A DNA stretch of 64,000 nt from Hydrolagus colliei (taxonomy: Eukaryota), in the NCBI GenBank assembly GCA_035084275.1, contig CM068746.1, forward strand, positions 31,186,001 to 31,250,000, written 5' to 3'. The notes beneath the pieces were generated by a model that saw only the letters and a list, made by a program, of their open reading frames with translations, made no database searches and was not told the DNA's origin. How positions within the stretch are numbered: position 1 is the first letter of the stretch; the number at the start of each line of letters is the position of its first letter. Of this stretch, positions 13,603 through 26,808 are shown in pieces. A program made the position numbers and the translations under genes.

Positions 13603-14727
13603 TAAGCATTGATCATATGTTACTTTGTACCTACAGCTCCTTAATTACTAATATCCTTACTGCATTGACCTGTATTATTATCTAGAGCAATCTAGGCAAT
13701 CGATGATTGAATGTATTTAACGTGTATTCAAATAAACTGTAGACAAAATTATCAAGAATAGCAAACGACTGACAGTTAGATTAAGTCAGTGATTACTGTA
13801 CATCAGAAAGTTTCTCCCCACTCTTATTAGCAATCCAGGCTTAACTCTCTCATGTCATTGGATCTCAGCATTTCACCAGTAAATCACGGCCTCCCAATGC
13901 CTTACTTGTCGTTTCCTTCCGTACTATTTAGAGATTATGTGTAATTAGGAGCTAAATGCACAAAAAAGGTTTACACTGTAACCTTTTAAAATGCAAGCCT
14001 GAGAAACCCAACATGGCCCGAACCTACACTCGATCCTGATTATTCGCGCGACAGAATTAGTGTTTGTGGGGCTGAGGCGAAGGGAGTTATTTAGTTTATG
14101 AAAAAAATATTAAAAGCGAACATTCTGCTAAGAAACACTCCTGTGGCAGTTACACCAGTGGGGGGTTTTTTATATATAAAAAAAACAAAGTTAATTTGTG
14201 ACAAAATGACAGTTTGCACTGAATTCAAACAGCGAATTTCATTGACCTCCCCTGGTTACAGTCCCGGTGTTTGAAGTGTGCCCACTGTCTTTTCCCACAT
14301 TCAAAAAAAACACAGCGCAAGGTGGTTGTGGGACGTGTCACGGTGTCTAGGGGGCAGATCTGGGGGGATTTCATTGTCATTTTCGACCCATTGTGATTTG
14401 AAAGAGAGTGGGCGGATTGCAGTGGCTGGGATTAGTGTGTCTGCCCAATTGCAGCACTCGGTCTCCTGAGAGCAGAGGCAACTCTCCACACAACACTCAA
14501 CTATCAGAACAGCAACTCCCAACAACTACAAACCACGGCTCCGTCATGAAAGAGAAGCAAAAACACACATCTAACACTCCTCGGGCCCGGCAAGACACTG
14601 AACAAGGCTGACCGAGCACTGCCAAGGACTTACACAAAAGACCCGAGATTACAAATAGTAGATATCACATTTATAATAAAAGAAACAAGGACAAAAAAAA
14701 AACCAGGAATTTATGCAGAGGGCAACC

Positions 14728-14810
14728 ATGATCATCTTTTCATCCCGCAGTGTGATCCTGTCAGTTTACTACCCGCAGATCTTTCTGATCCTCACCAGCG
14801 GAAGTTATCT
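14728..14810 (+). CDS. WNT7B: Wnt7b alternative first coding exon 1b (MLL-type isoform)
   Basis: ACCATG at 14728 reads MIIFSSRSVILSVYYPQIFLILTSGSYL, resembling the recalled mammalian alternative N-terminus MLLLSPRSALVSVYCPQIFLLLSSGSYL. It is 83 nt and ends CT|gtaagt, phase 2, in frame with exon 2. An in-frame upstream ATG lies at 14713. Confidence 0.92.
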
Positions 14811-15139
14811 GTAAGTCATATACCAAAATAATCATTAAGAGAAAAAAAAAACCTTTGGGAACGCTAAGGTTTTTTTTGGTTTTTAAAAAATATTTATATA
14901 TTTATTTTTAAAAAAACGTTGTAACTTCAATGTTTAACCTGTGAGTTGTGAGTCGCTGAAATTTATTGGCTACATTGCTTTTTTTTGTACAGGAGGAGCG
15001 CCTTCATTGGACGCGAGGTTTACCTGTGTAGTAACTCTGCGCTCAGCGTGTGGCTGATCTCTACAGGCTGGAGGTGCTGCTTTGCTGCAATCCCAACATG
15101 TGTAATTCTCACTGTGTCTGTAACTTTACTACTATTCCT

Positions 15140-15835
15140 ACCTCTCTCTCTCCCCCACCCTCCCCCACAGTCAACTCCCCCCCCCCCCCCCCCCCCCCCT
15201 CCCCTCCCACTCCCCACTAAACAAAACATGAAATGCCTCTTCCCGAGAGATGCAATTACACCTCGTTAGAAAGCTCAGAGTTTCGCTCAGTGACCATCTC
15301 CAGGGAGATGGTGTGGTGTGAGATCTCTTTGAAACTAACCCCCTGTACAGCCCCCCACCCCCCCCCCTCTCCCATTTCCTAAGTTAAACATTTCGTGTTA
15401 AAGTCTAGTCACCCCCCGCCCCCCCCTCCCTCCCCCACCCCCACCATTCAAACCTCAGCCCAGCCAAACCCCCTCACCCTCCTGCCTTCAAACTATATTA
15501 CATGTTAAAGCTTTATCAATCAGAAAAACTTACGCTTTGATTTTTTTTGTTTGAGTGAGAGTGACGAGAACATGAGTTTGACGAGTAGGGGGTGAGAGGG
15601 TGAGAGGGGGGGGGGGGGAGGGGGGGGGGGGGGGTGAGAGGGGGTGAGGGTGGTGGAGAGAGAGAAGCAAATCCTCACAAGCCATGGAGCTCCTGTGAAC
15701 GTCTCATCCCCTTTATAAACGCTCTGCGGCGTTTTTGTGGCAGGAAATCCAGCGGCTTTTTTTTTGCCCCCCCTCCTCCTCCTCCCCTCCCCCCCCCCCC
15801 ACCCCCCCCCCCCTCCCCCCCCCCTCCCCCTCCCA
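15140..15835. repeat. Cluster of poly-C and poly-G low-complexity tracts
   Basis: C tracts at 15150-15215, 15350-15485 and 15768-15835; G tract at 15588-15660. Confidence 0.85.
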
Positions 15836-16116
15836 CTGAAGCTTTTTCGGTGGAGGGAGCGCGATGCACTGCGATCGGCTTGGAGCTGAGCTGGACCCAG
15901 AGTGAATGTGGACCGACGCCAGTGGCAATGAAGCTCCCGCTGTGTGGAAATGCTGCACACGCCTTCCCTCCCCGACCGATCGCACCCTCTCATTTCCAAC
16001 TCACTCTCTGCCTCCGCTGTTCGGTTTGATTTGACCGTGCAATCTCTCTGCCTCTCTCTCTCTCTCTCTCTCTCTGCGCCTGTGTTTTGACGTCTGCTCT
16101 CGCTGTTCTGTTTCAG

Positions 16117-16343
16117 AGCCTTGTCCTCGGTGGTGGCTTTGGGAGCGAATATTATCTGCAACAAGATCCCGGGTCTGGCCCCCCGGCAGCGGGCTATCTG
16201 TCAGAGCCGGCCCGATGCCATCATTGTGATCGGCGAAGGCGCGCAGATGGGAATCAATGAGTGTCAGTACCAGTTCAGGTACGGCCGCTGGAACTGCTCG
16301 GCGCTCGGAGAGAAAACAGTCTTTGGACAAGAACTCAGAGTGG
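16117..16343 (+). CDS. WNT7B: Wnt7b exon 2
   Basis: Pyrimidine tract and tttcag| acceptor. Encodes [75 protein letters not shown]. It is 227 nt with donor G|gtgagt. Confidence 0.98.
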
Positions 16344-16821
16344 GTGAGTACTGGAGCAAACAGACCCACAGGTTGCCCGGCGCTCAGCCCAGCCACACAG
16401 ACAGGCAAACAAGACAAGCAAGGCAGGAACCGAGCCCGCGATAACTGCAGACGTTGTTTTTTTTTTTAAGTGAAAAGCCCCCCCCCCCCACCCCCCCCCC
16501 CCACATACCCGGCGTCAAGAACCACACCGGTCAATAAACCCGACCCCTCTGGTGGCTTGTTTGTGTGGCAGGGAGGGAGGGAGGGAGGGGAGGGGGAGCT
16601 GCGGATGTAATGGACCCTCATTTCCTGGTTGCTACCTTTGCAGATTGTTACTCCGCACTGAGATCAGTCATTACATCTATTTCTAATACATGGACTTGAG
16701 ATTTACACTTGCCCCCTCACCACCCGCCACCACCACTTTGGCTCGAGCCGTATTTCCCAGTTCCTTCGACACCCAGTCTTGTGGTGTGTTACTAGGCAGC
16801 AGTAACAGAGTGTGTGTCTGT

Positions 16822-16852
<31 letters not shown>

Positions 16853-17249
16853 GGGCAGGTATCAGAGGCCAGTGAGGCTTCAGTTATACATGTTTAATAT
16901 CACTCTGGGTCCTGGGACACACTCCAGAGTCTGCCATCTACAAAGCAAATGCAGATTATCTGCTACTTATTTGTTGCTGTACTTTCCCCCCCCCCCTGCT
17001 GACCAGGGAGTCAGGCAGAAACAGAACAGTCGATCGAATCATATGATTTGTTCCATGGGTTGCACAGCTCCCGGCTTCATTAGTGTGGGGGGGTGACTGT
17101 GACAATGCACACAGAGTAAGTACATTATTCAGCCCTGCTGATTCTGTACCTTCCACTGCTGTAGCACAATACATACCAACATTCCGATCCTGTAACACAC
17201 CTGCCACAGCATTGCCTGGGTAAAAAAAAATACTTCCTGATAAAGGAAT

Positions 17250-17945
17250 CCTAGAAAATTTACGGCTTAAAAGGAGGCCATTCAGCCAGCCAGTCGGCAG
17301 GTTGTCTCAGAGTAAGCTGTACTTTCAATCCCACTATCCCGCCCTATCTCCATCCCTCTTTAAGCCTTTCCCTTTCACACACACATCGTCTTCCCCCAAA
17401 TGAACCCCAAATGAACTCTGCATCTGCCACCTTACTTGGCAGGGAGTTCCACATCCCAACAAATCCTTGTGTGGGTGGAGGGAGGGAAAAAGTCTCCTAA
17501 ACTCACCTTTTATTCTTCTTGTGGCTGCCTCAGCCTTGTGGCTCCCCTGTCAACCCCCTCATAATTTTGCACACGTTAATCCCCTCTCAGTGTCTCCAAT
17601 TTCTTCTTAACTATAACGCCTCGTATCTAGTATAATTCTCATAAACCTCATCGACACACCTCCAAGGCCTTAACATCGTTCCTGAAGATGCGCTAAACTG
17701 AACTTGGTACTCTAGCTGTGGTCAAGCCAATGACTTGTACAAACTTAGCATTATTGCTTAATTTCTGTACTCTGTGGAGTATGCTGCCCTTTAATATATA
17801 TTCCATACACTGGTAAAATAGATCATCTCAGATTTTAGTACATTACACTTTACCTGTTCAGCCCTTTCACACCAATCTACAGTATTTAAGTTTTCCTGCA
17901 GTTTCTTGCCATCCTCCTCATGATTTGGTATCATCCGCAAATTTG
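17250..17945 (-). mobile_element. CR1 LINE 3' relic (RT remnant plus tail)
   Basis: Minus strand encodes KFADDT at ~17927-17944 (CR1 RT catalytic motif) and ends in the tail gctgaatggcctcctttt...taaattttctag near 17250-17290. Confidence 0.75.
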
Positions 17946-18354
17946 TGATGAGGGTTGGAATGGGGGGTGGTGGTGATAGTGATATTCATATCATAGTTGA
18001 TATCACATCAAAATTACATTACTGTTCTTCAATCATGGTCTGATATTTATTGTTTTCAGGCTTTAGTAGGAATACCATTCAACCACTGAATTGCTTACTC
18101 ACATATGATTGTCATTAACAACTTGAGACGAGTAGACCCTTTCCATCTAGCTATCCATCCAAATTCTCACTTGAGTCTTTCGATTCATCATTCTCTAAAT
18201 TCAGAGACCGTGAATCCTTTTGGTAAACAGAAACGTGTCTAGTTTTTTGTTTTGAAATGTATTGTAATTTATTCTTCAATACTGCTTTGTACTGGAAATA
18301 ATATTTCCTGCATTTCTTATTCTCTTCTGTCGCCCTTATTTTTAACATCATAAG

Positions 18355-18670
18355 CGAGAGACCTGGGTTCTGTTCCTGGCAGGATGAAAAGTTGTTCCAA
18401 GTTTCCTTACTCCGCTTGTTTCTATTTACTTAGTATTAAATAGGAACATTAAGTAATGGATAGGCTCTTTTCCGGGGGTAATAATTCCTTTAAAAAAAAT
18501 TGGTCACTCAATCCACGACTGTTTGCGGAACAGTGCTGTGCACAAATGGCTGCCGTGTTTTGCTCACAAAATTTACTTTCAAGTACTTTGCTGTATATTT
18601 GGTAAAGCACTTTGAGATGTCTCAAAGATGTGATAAGGCACTGTACCAAATGTAAGGATCATTATTATTA
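18355..18670 (+). mobile_element. SINE family A, 5'-eroded
   Basis: B-box-like gggttctgttcc, body aagtttccttactcc, tail gtaaggatcattattatt. Confidence 0.8.
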
Positions 18671-19159
18671 TCTGACATTTAAAAAATTATAATTCAAAGA
18701 TAACAATAGTCAATGGCAGAGCAAGGGCTACCAATTCAACTCATGGGCACTTTCTCCTCCTGCGTTGGGTTCCTCATGGAGTTCCCACTTGTAAAATGTA
18801 GGTGTACTTCACATTGGCAGAGAGGTGTGCTTCAATGTTATTGCAGGCCTGCATGTCTTAACTGTGAGATTAAATTCCAAAATGGGGCTTGAACCTACCA
18901 CCTTCTGACCAAGAGGCAAAATAGCACCACGGAGACATTAACAATCCTTATGGTACATAAACCACAAGTGTATTTTTAAGGATGACACTGGAAATAATTG
19001 TTTTCTTCTAAAGTGTTTGTCATACAAATATCATGTTACTGTACTTTCAGCAAAAAAAAAGTTTAAACATTTATACGAGAATAACTGACCTGTAGTAAAA
19101 GGAACCTGGGTTGTTCCTGTTGATTGGCAGAATGCTTTCTGGGAATAATAATCGCTCAA

Positions 19160-19323
19160 AAAATAGTCACTCAATTCACAGTGTGTGGAACACTGCTTTG
19201 CACAATTGGTTACTGCATTTCACCCACAAAATACACAGATTATAACATATTCTATGAAGCGTTTTGGGACGTTTCAACAACATGATAAGGCGCTATATAA
19301 AATGCAACAATTATTATTATTAT
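19160..19323 (+). mobile_element. SINE family A 3' half
   Basis: gtcactcaattcacag...gcgctatataaaatgcaacaattattattattat. Confidence 0.8.
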
Positions 19324-21589
19324 AAGAGCATTTGTCATTCTGGTCAAGCATTGAAGGATTCATTTTAATACTTTGTCTCTGGATCTAACCTCGGTCTCCC
19401 ACAACCTTTCTCCTCATTCTCACTTTCCATGACTAATACCATCATTACATAAAGTCTCCTCTTTGGTTCTTCATTAGCTCTACAGACCCCAAATCACATG
19501 AACGTCCATCCATCCTGCACTATTAACTATGAATGCTCATTGTACCATCTCCTACTCTAATTCATTTGTTTCCAAGGCCTCACCAAGACCTCTACCTGCC
19601 TTAACCGTCCCTTTCTCTCTAATTTGCAGCCTTTAAAATCTAAACTTGATATCTTTTAACCATTCCTTCGTGATATTACCTTATTTGATAATAAGTTGAC
19701 AATAGAGTGGAAGAAATACTATTTAATATAAACAGACGGAGTATCTATCTAACTTTCTTTCTCCTATTCACTTTGACCTAGATGGTGCCTTGCACTTTGG
19801 GTTTTCTCTCTGCAGTATAAAAAGCCCCAACTCTAAATACCATTGTTCTTAATTGGTTTAGGCTGAAGCATCAAAATAGTGCAAAGATGGAAACTGTAAT
19901 TAGGAAGCCAGGCTCAGAAAAGTGAAGTTTCTATTTAAAAAAAATCAAAAGTTAACTATTTGAATTTGAAACATTTGAGCCATTGTGGCCTGTATCCTCG
20001 AGATTTCATTTCAGTTTAGCAGTAGTACATTGTTTCCAGCCTCCACCAAGGAATTACGTGCTTCTAGAACAGGTTGGATCACCAGGACTGTCGCACCAAT
20101 GACGATTAATTCCACAAAAGACGAAAGATTAAGTATTCTTATGAAAGAACTCCTTTGACTCACCATCACAGTTGAGATTTTCTCCAGATAATGTTCACAA
20201 GGAATTTCCATCTGTATCCATGGCATTTCAATGTCTGCATCAGAGGGCAGTTTATCTGATGTGGAAATGAATAGAAAGAGTACCCTTATATCTATGGTAC
20301 TTGGGAAAAGGTGTCTCTGGGAAGAGAGAGGGAGGGAGAGAGGGCACATGAAAGGACAAACAAAGCTAGTCCAACAGACAATGAGGAAAATTACTAAACC
20401 TTTAATTTGACAATGAGTTAATTTAGATATTATCTCTTCTCTCTCTGAAAAGAATGGCAGAGATCTAACACAATGACCCAAAAGAAGATAATTGTCAAAG
20501 GAAACATTTTGATGTGGCTTGAAGCCACAAAAATGAGTAAAACATAACATTGAGATCAAATCCAAAGCAATAGGAAAGGGCACTTCTCTAGATTTGGGGG
20601 CAAACGCATGTTTTAAGCGGATGAATGGAGGGAAACTTATATTGCTTATATTTATAGGTTCTATAAATTATATTATAAAGTTATACAGTAATTAGAAAAT
20701 CAAACATTTCTGAACAGATGTTTCGATGCTCGTGTACAGATCTCTGCTTCCCTTATGTAGAACACAAGGCCAGAAAAATATAGTTCAATTCTGGGCTGCT
20801 GACCTATGTTACAATGTAACAGGCACCACCTCAAATTAGCATTTGCATCATATCTGTACCATTAATTATATCAATAGAAACCACTCAGGGAAGCAGATTG
20901 AAAATTGCGACTAAGGCTGGTCGCCATATTTTGACCAATTACTGTATATATGCTTATGATAGAACGTATATTCTATGTGTTCATTACCTCTTTCTAACAT
21001 TTGTGGTGCCAGAGATATGCGAATAGATATCACAGGGAAGTGTTGATGCCATCAGGTTTCTAGTACTGTTTGCTGGCCAGAAAAACACAAAATACTTAAG
21101 CACAGTACTTTAAAAAGTCAGACAGAATTTCCACTTTTTTTTAAAAGAAAATGTCTAAATTACATTGTGATTTATTCGTGACTCTGTTAATTTGCACTGT
21201 CTGCTTACACTGTGGTTATGAAGGTCATGTAATGTCACAATTCACTCAGTGTCCTGCAGACAGTGCCATAGACAGGCAACCACAAATTAAGTGCAGGAAC
21301 TGACAGAGAAAAACATGCAGGACTGAAGTATTGCCTTCCAACTCAATGGTGCATTCTTGCAATTTGATCCGAGTCAGTCCATAATGGTGAATAACACCTG
21401 AAAACATGGTACTGTACCATGCATCTGGCATTATGTGTAACAGAACAAAAGAAAATGTACAGTATACTATATGACATTGAAGAGGATGCACAGGGCAGAT
21501 TGTATTGAAATACTGAAGATCAAAAAAAAAACTTGACCCTCCAACTGTACAAATTTCCAACCTGCCCTTCCTTGGCAAAGTTCTAGAAC

Positions 21590-22310
21590 TTGTTGTCACT
21601 AATTAGCTTTGCTCTCACCTCTCCCTCCACAGCATTCTCGAGCCCCTCCAGTTTTGTTTTCACCTTGCCCATAGCACAGAGACAGTGTTTGTCAAAATCA
21701 CAAATAATGTCCTCTCTATCTGTAACCAAGGCTGCCTCTAGCTACTTATCCTTTAGAACCTCTCCTCCTTGATCACCCTATCCTCATCCACCACCTCTCC
21801 TCCCTTACCCACCTAGGTGGAACCTGGTTTGTCTGTTTCGAGTCCTACGTAACAAATTGCCTTTACTTTTTCTCCTCAAATGGCTTCTCCTCTCGCCCCC
21901 ACCCAGTGACCTATGGTGTACCTCAGGGTTCAATCCTTGGTCCCCTCTCTTCCTCATCTATATGCTCCCTCGTGGTGATGTCATCTGCAGATATGGGATA
22001 AACTTCCACATGTATGCGGATGACAACAAATCTACTTGTCCTCCTTCAATTCCACCACATCGCCTACCTCTGACCAGATCTTACCCCAGATGCAGCCAAA
22101 ACACTTGTCCACTGGCTCCATTCTGCTGAACGGATTGATTTCAAGATACTCACACTTGTTTTCAAATCCCATCATGCCCTGGCACCTGCCTGCCTGTCCA
22201 ACCTACTTACTCCCCAACCCAGTACCCACTGCCTCCATTCGACTGGCTAAGGCCTTCTTCTTGTCCCTCATGCTCTACATTCTACCATTGGCAGACATGC
22301 TTTCAGCCAC
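21590..22310 (+). mobile_element. L2 LINE reverse-transcriptase relic
   Basis: GVPQGSILGP, then a frameshift, then LFLIYMLPRGDVICRYGINFHMYADD at ~21915-22025: canonical L2/CR1 RT motifs. Confidence 0.85.
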
Positions 22311-25300
22311 AAAATGATTTGGAAGTGCCAGGTATACATTAGCTGAAGTCTCATCTTAGAATGGTGGAATGGAACAATTGATCATGAGCAGTAAGCCAAA
22401 GATGTATGATCAGAAAGTGCGGGCTGCAAAGTGGTAGTGCAGATTACACAGATATAGTGTAGAGAGATACAGAAGGGATTTTGAAAGCAAAGCAGATGAT
22501 CTCAAAAATAGATCTGGTGAAGGAGCTTTTTGATCTTGGTAATGATGCAGGTGATGCGAATGTGGGACCAAGGCCAAAGGAAACATAAATGAAGCCCAAA
22601 GCAAACTGCAGATCACTCAGAAAAAAAGAGTACACAAATATATTATATCTGTATCATTACTCAACACACAAACTCAAATACATTGCACAATAAGATCAAA
22701 CCAAGTTAATAATAATCCTTACATTTGATTTAATACATTATCATGTCATCAAATTGTCTTAAAATATTTCACAACTCTACTGTAAATGAACTGTAAAATA
22801 TCATGGCTGTATACACCTAAATGTAGATTGTTTTTATCATCATAAAAAGAAGCTTTTGGCAAACCTCTCTTTTGGGAGATGAAATAGTCCAATCGCTTAT
22901 TGCCTCAATGGCATCATGTTCAATGATGTATTGAAGTACTTTACAGAATCATGTGTGTTTGTCTGCAAATAAACTGAGAGTTGACCAATGTATTTATATG
23001 ACAACAGTTTCTTTGAAAATAAATGGCAATTTTTCAGCAGTTGTGCTGGGTGACAAGATAAAGGCAGTGGATGCGTTTTAATTGGAAATTTGGGTCTATG
23101 TCAGCAACAAATCTAACCTGGTTTCTTACTTGCATGTTTGAAGGACAAGTTGCAATTTTAGAACCATATCGATTCAACCTAAATGACCCTGTATGTGTAC
23201 TTTATGTAGGTTCTTAATTGGAACATGAAGATATTCTCACAGCAAGCCATAGATGTGGGCTGTATTACTATTCAAGCTCTATAGCTGTCGGCAAATATGC
23301 TTTCTGCAGAGTGAAAATGAGACATAGGCAAACAGGTGAAACATTTTCCAAAAACGCAAAGTAACACAAAAAAAATTTGGGATGGGCAGCAAGCTTAGAC
23401 TCACTTTGTGGGGAGAGATTCCACCTGGGTCTAAATTTACTAGGTCTATGTAGCATTGTTTTCCGGAGGTCTTAACCAAACATAGAAAATTAACTTCAAA
23501 ATTAAGGCTGCATTTAAGAATTTGTCAAATTCTGGAAGCACTAAAATGGTAAATAAATTGATAAAGTCTAGACTCAGGTGGAAATTCTCCCTACTTGTGC
23601 ACATAGATTATAAATTGGAAGGTGTTTGCTTCTTTGCCAAAGTTGTGACATGAAGTGCAGTGAGGGATGGGGGGAGGGACCCATTCATTTCAACAAACAG
23701 TGCTGAGTATAGAGTGAAGGGCACAGTTCTCCTTTCAATAGTGCTTTCCACATGAGTTGTCCTGTAACATACTGACTATTGTTAATCCTCTCTGCAGATT
23801 TAGTGCAATGGTAAGAAGGGCATATTTAACTTTTGCATAAAGTATTAATGGGACCACGCCCCCAACTCTCCACATAATTATAAAAAGATGTTGGGCTAAC
23901 TCGTTTTTTATAGTTATTTGTTTTAAACACAAAATGTGGCGCAAATCTTATAACCTACCATGAATATAATACTGCTCTACCCCATTGAAGAAAAGATTTT
24001 CTGCACACTTCTTGATGAAGGCAGTGCTCTCTTAAACATCTCCATCTCCTGGTCGATAATTTTGACAGACTGCGCAAATTAATTTGCTTGCAATGTACAA
24101 CTGCATCAGATGCAGCTTCATCTGATCATCCTAGCAGAAATGCCATTCATCACATAGTTGGTACATTTGCAATTAGAAATCAGAGCTTATTTTGCAATTG
24201 GTACCACTAAAGACCCTCATTTGGCTGGCTGAATTTTTAAAATAAATTACAGTGACAGAGAGCTTATAATTCTATTAAAGAGCTTATCATTCTATTAGAG
24301 CCTTCTCCCTGAGTGTGCAAGTTGTTCAGAGGAAGGCACCAGACTGGGAAGCTTGGAGCAGAGGATACCATACCGAGTTTATGATTCAATGCAATAAATC
24401 AACAGTGAGATGACATATATGAAGTTTGGGAAGAAGAAAATAGATATTTTGGAGAAGCAATGACCTCAGTAGTATTGATAAACAACAGAAATACAGGAAA
24501 TGCTGTGTTGAAGCATTTCACGTCGGATTGCCCAGATCATAGCATGTTTTTCTTGTATCCTGCCCAAGGAGTGGGAGCATGCACATTTGGGGCAAAGTTT
24601 GGATTTATAGAGGGAAAGCAATATTTGGGACAAGTGAGCTTCATGGATGCTACTTTAGCAATATGATACGCAGATATGGAGATATGCAAATTAATTTCAA
24701 GATAAGAGAAAATAGCGGAAGTCCAGACTGTCAAAAAAAAGTAGGATCGTTAAATTAGTTGTGTGGGATTCCATGTGCCAAAATGTAGCGCATTTTAGTA
24801 ATGCTGGCTTACATGAGAAATTCTACAATAAGCATAAATTGACAAAGTGCACTCAACCAAATGGTAACTGGAACATCACCCCACAATGTTCATACTCTTT
24901 GCTTCTACAGCAGGCAGAGAAGTTTTAAGATAATCCTTCATCATATTCTTTGTTGCCCCAATTTATCCTGTTATCCCTCCTTATCCTGTTATCCACGTGT
25001 TATCTTGTTATCCCTGTATTATTCCATTGTTCCTGGATTACAACCAACAGTTTCTAAATGGGATCATACTGTACTATATTTGACCATTGTATAATTTCAT
25101 TTTGTTTTAATCCCCACTGTTTCCACTCAACATCAACTTGCATTATACAGCGCCCTACGTGGAGTAGAGTCCAGTGATATTCAATGCTTTTAATAATGTA
25201 AAATATACTGGGAAAGTAATTGTCTGAGTATTGGCACATAACTAATATAAAAAGGAAGAATAGTATTCAACATTATCTGATCAAATGGGCCAAGGAATTA

Positions 25301-26439
25301 CGGTGGATATTAATTACAAACCGGAAGAAAGAAGCAGTGTGCATGTACAAAACATGGGAGGTATTCATTAGCAGAGGCAGAATGGGGAATGGAAGCAGAG
25401 ATTCTTCCCTCTCAGCTCTTTGCAGACCAAAAGCCCTAATAGATTGGGTGGTCCAAGGCAGGAAGTTTCTCAGACAGCGAAAAAGAATGGTAATGTGATC
25501 ATAGCAGATTAAACTCCAGCAGTACTGCCATGCGCACTGTGGGTCCCCAAGCTTTGGTTCTCACTTATACACTCTAGATTCAGGGAAGTAGGGTAGATCC
25601 CCCACAGTGAGAGTGTGCATCCCATTCCAGGCGCAAGGACATTTCCATGTGTATGTGCAAATGTATATGGAACTCTTAGTCTAGTTTGGATATTATGAAA
25701 CATGGCGAACACTCGACACGCTACCATGCATGAAGGGTGCTATATCAGTGCAGGTTGTTGTTTGGATGGGTTTTTGCATGTGTGGCTGACCAAAAAGGAT
25801 TTGTGAGTGATCATTGATCATTTGCTGTAGGTTCTAGTTAATATGAAGCTTTTCCACCAAAGCTAATTAAACGCTAAGTTGTTTCTTGATTTCATTGTGT
25901 TGTCGTTTAAGAAGAGATATTTTGTCATGACAACAAGTGAAATAATATTTGGAATGTTGTGGATAGTTTTGAGCACTCTACCCTCAAAGGGATATTGGAG
26001 AAGATTTGAGAAGAGTGACAAGGATTATTTTGCCAGATGGAGTTTAAAGTTATGATAAACTGCACACTTGTTTTCATTGGAGAATAGTTTTGGGGAGGGA
26101 CATTATCCAAATCTTCAAAATACTGAGTGGGTAATGTAGAGCTAAACCTTTTGACTTAAGACAATAATCACAAAACTTGAGGGTTTATATTTCAAATAAA
26201 CATACCTCAAATGACAAGAGATGAAAACAATTATGAAAACAATCACCCCCCCTTAAAGGATACTAAATATTAATTGTAGGCACTCAACAATAGCAACTTG
26301 TGCTATGTTAATGCTTTCAACAAGGAACTTAATAAACATCTGTTTGATGGACTAAATGATCTCTTTTTGTTCCAGCATTCTTATGTCAGCATCACTCAGA
26401 GATAGCAGACACAAAGTGGATATATGTGGAAAATTTCAC

Positions 26440-26582
26440 ACTGGGGAGGACAGGGTTTGCAAGGTTATGGGGAGAGAGTGGGGAGTGGGATTGATTTAAA
26501 TAGCTCTTTTCAAAGAGCCGGCTCAGACTCGATGGGCCGAATGGCCTTCTTTTGTGCTGAAAAATTATATGATTCTATGATT
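26440..26582 (+). mobile_element. CR1 LINE 3' end
   Basis: atagctcttttcaaagagccggc...gatgggccgaatggccttcttttgtgctg...atgattctatga. Older CR1-like debris probably extends upstream (25240-26400). Confidence 0.8.
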
Positions 26583-26808
26583 GGTGAAACAGAGGGTGGT
26601 CTTCTGACATTGCCATCAAGATATATTGTTGAGTACAGCAGAGGAAACTTTACTTTGCTAGGCTTTACCTTATCAGGTTCCTGCTCGTGCCACAAAGTGT
26701 CTGGATTAAAAACATACCGTATTCCCTTCCCAAGCACTGACCTCCTTTAACTGTCCCCTTTCCGTCTCTCTACCATTTGCTCTATTTCTTTCTGACTTTC
26801 TCTTTTGT

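Larger units (their letters stand above)
4640..17050. promoter_or_regulatory. Broad CpG-retaining promoter domain covering both Wnt7b first exons and exon 2
   Basis: CG dinucleotides are visibly frequent here (e.g. 4870-5160, 7340-7540, 9350-10030, 15700-16450) and sparse in the flanks. Judged by eye, not computed. Confidence 0.6.

Noticed and set aside
15520-16417. Long antisense ORFs (214 aa, 138 aa) overlapping exon 2
   Set aside because: Products of poly-G/C and (CT)n tracts and the antisense shadow of a GC-rich exon.
20011-20583. 190 aa hydrophobic minus-strand ORF in intron 2
   Set aside because: No ATG start, no domain similarity and no clear splice signals; its composition reflects the A/G-rich plus strand.
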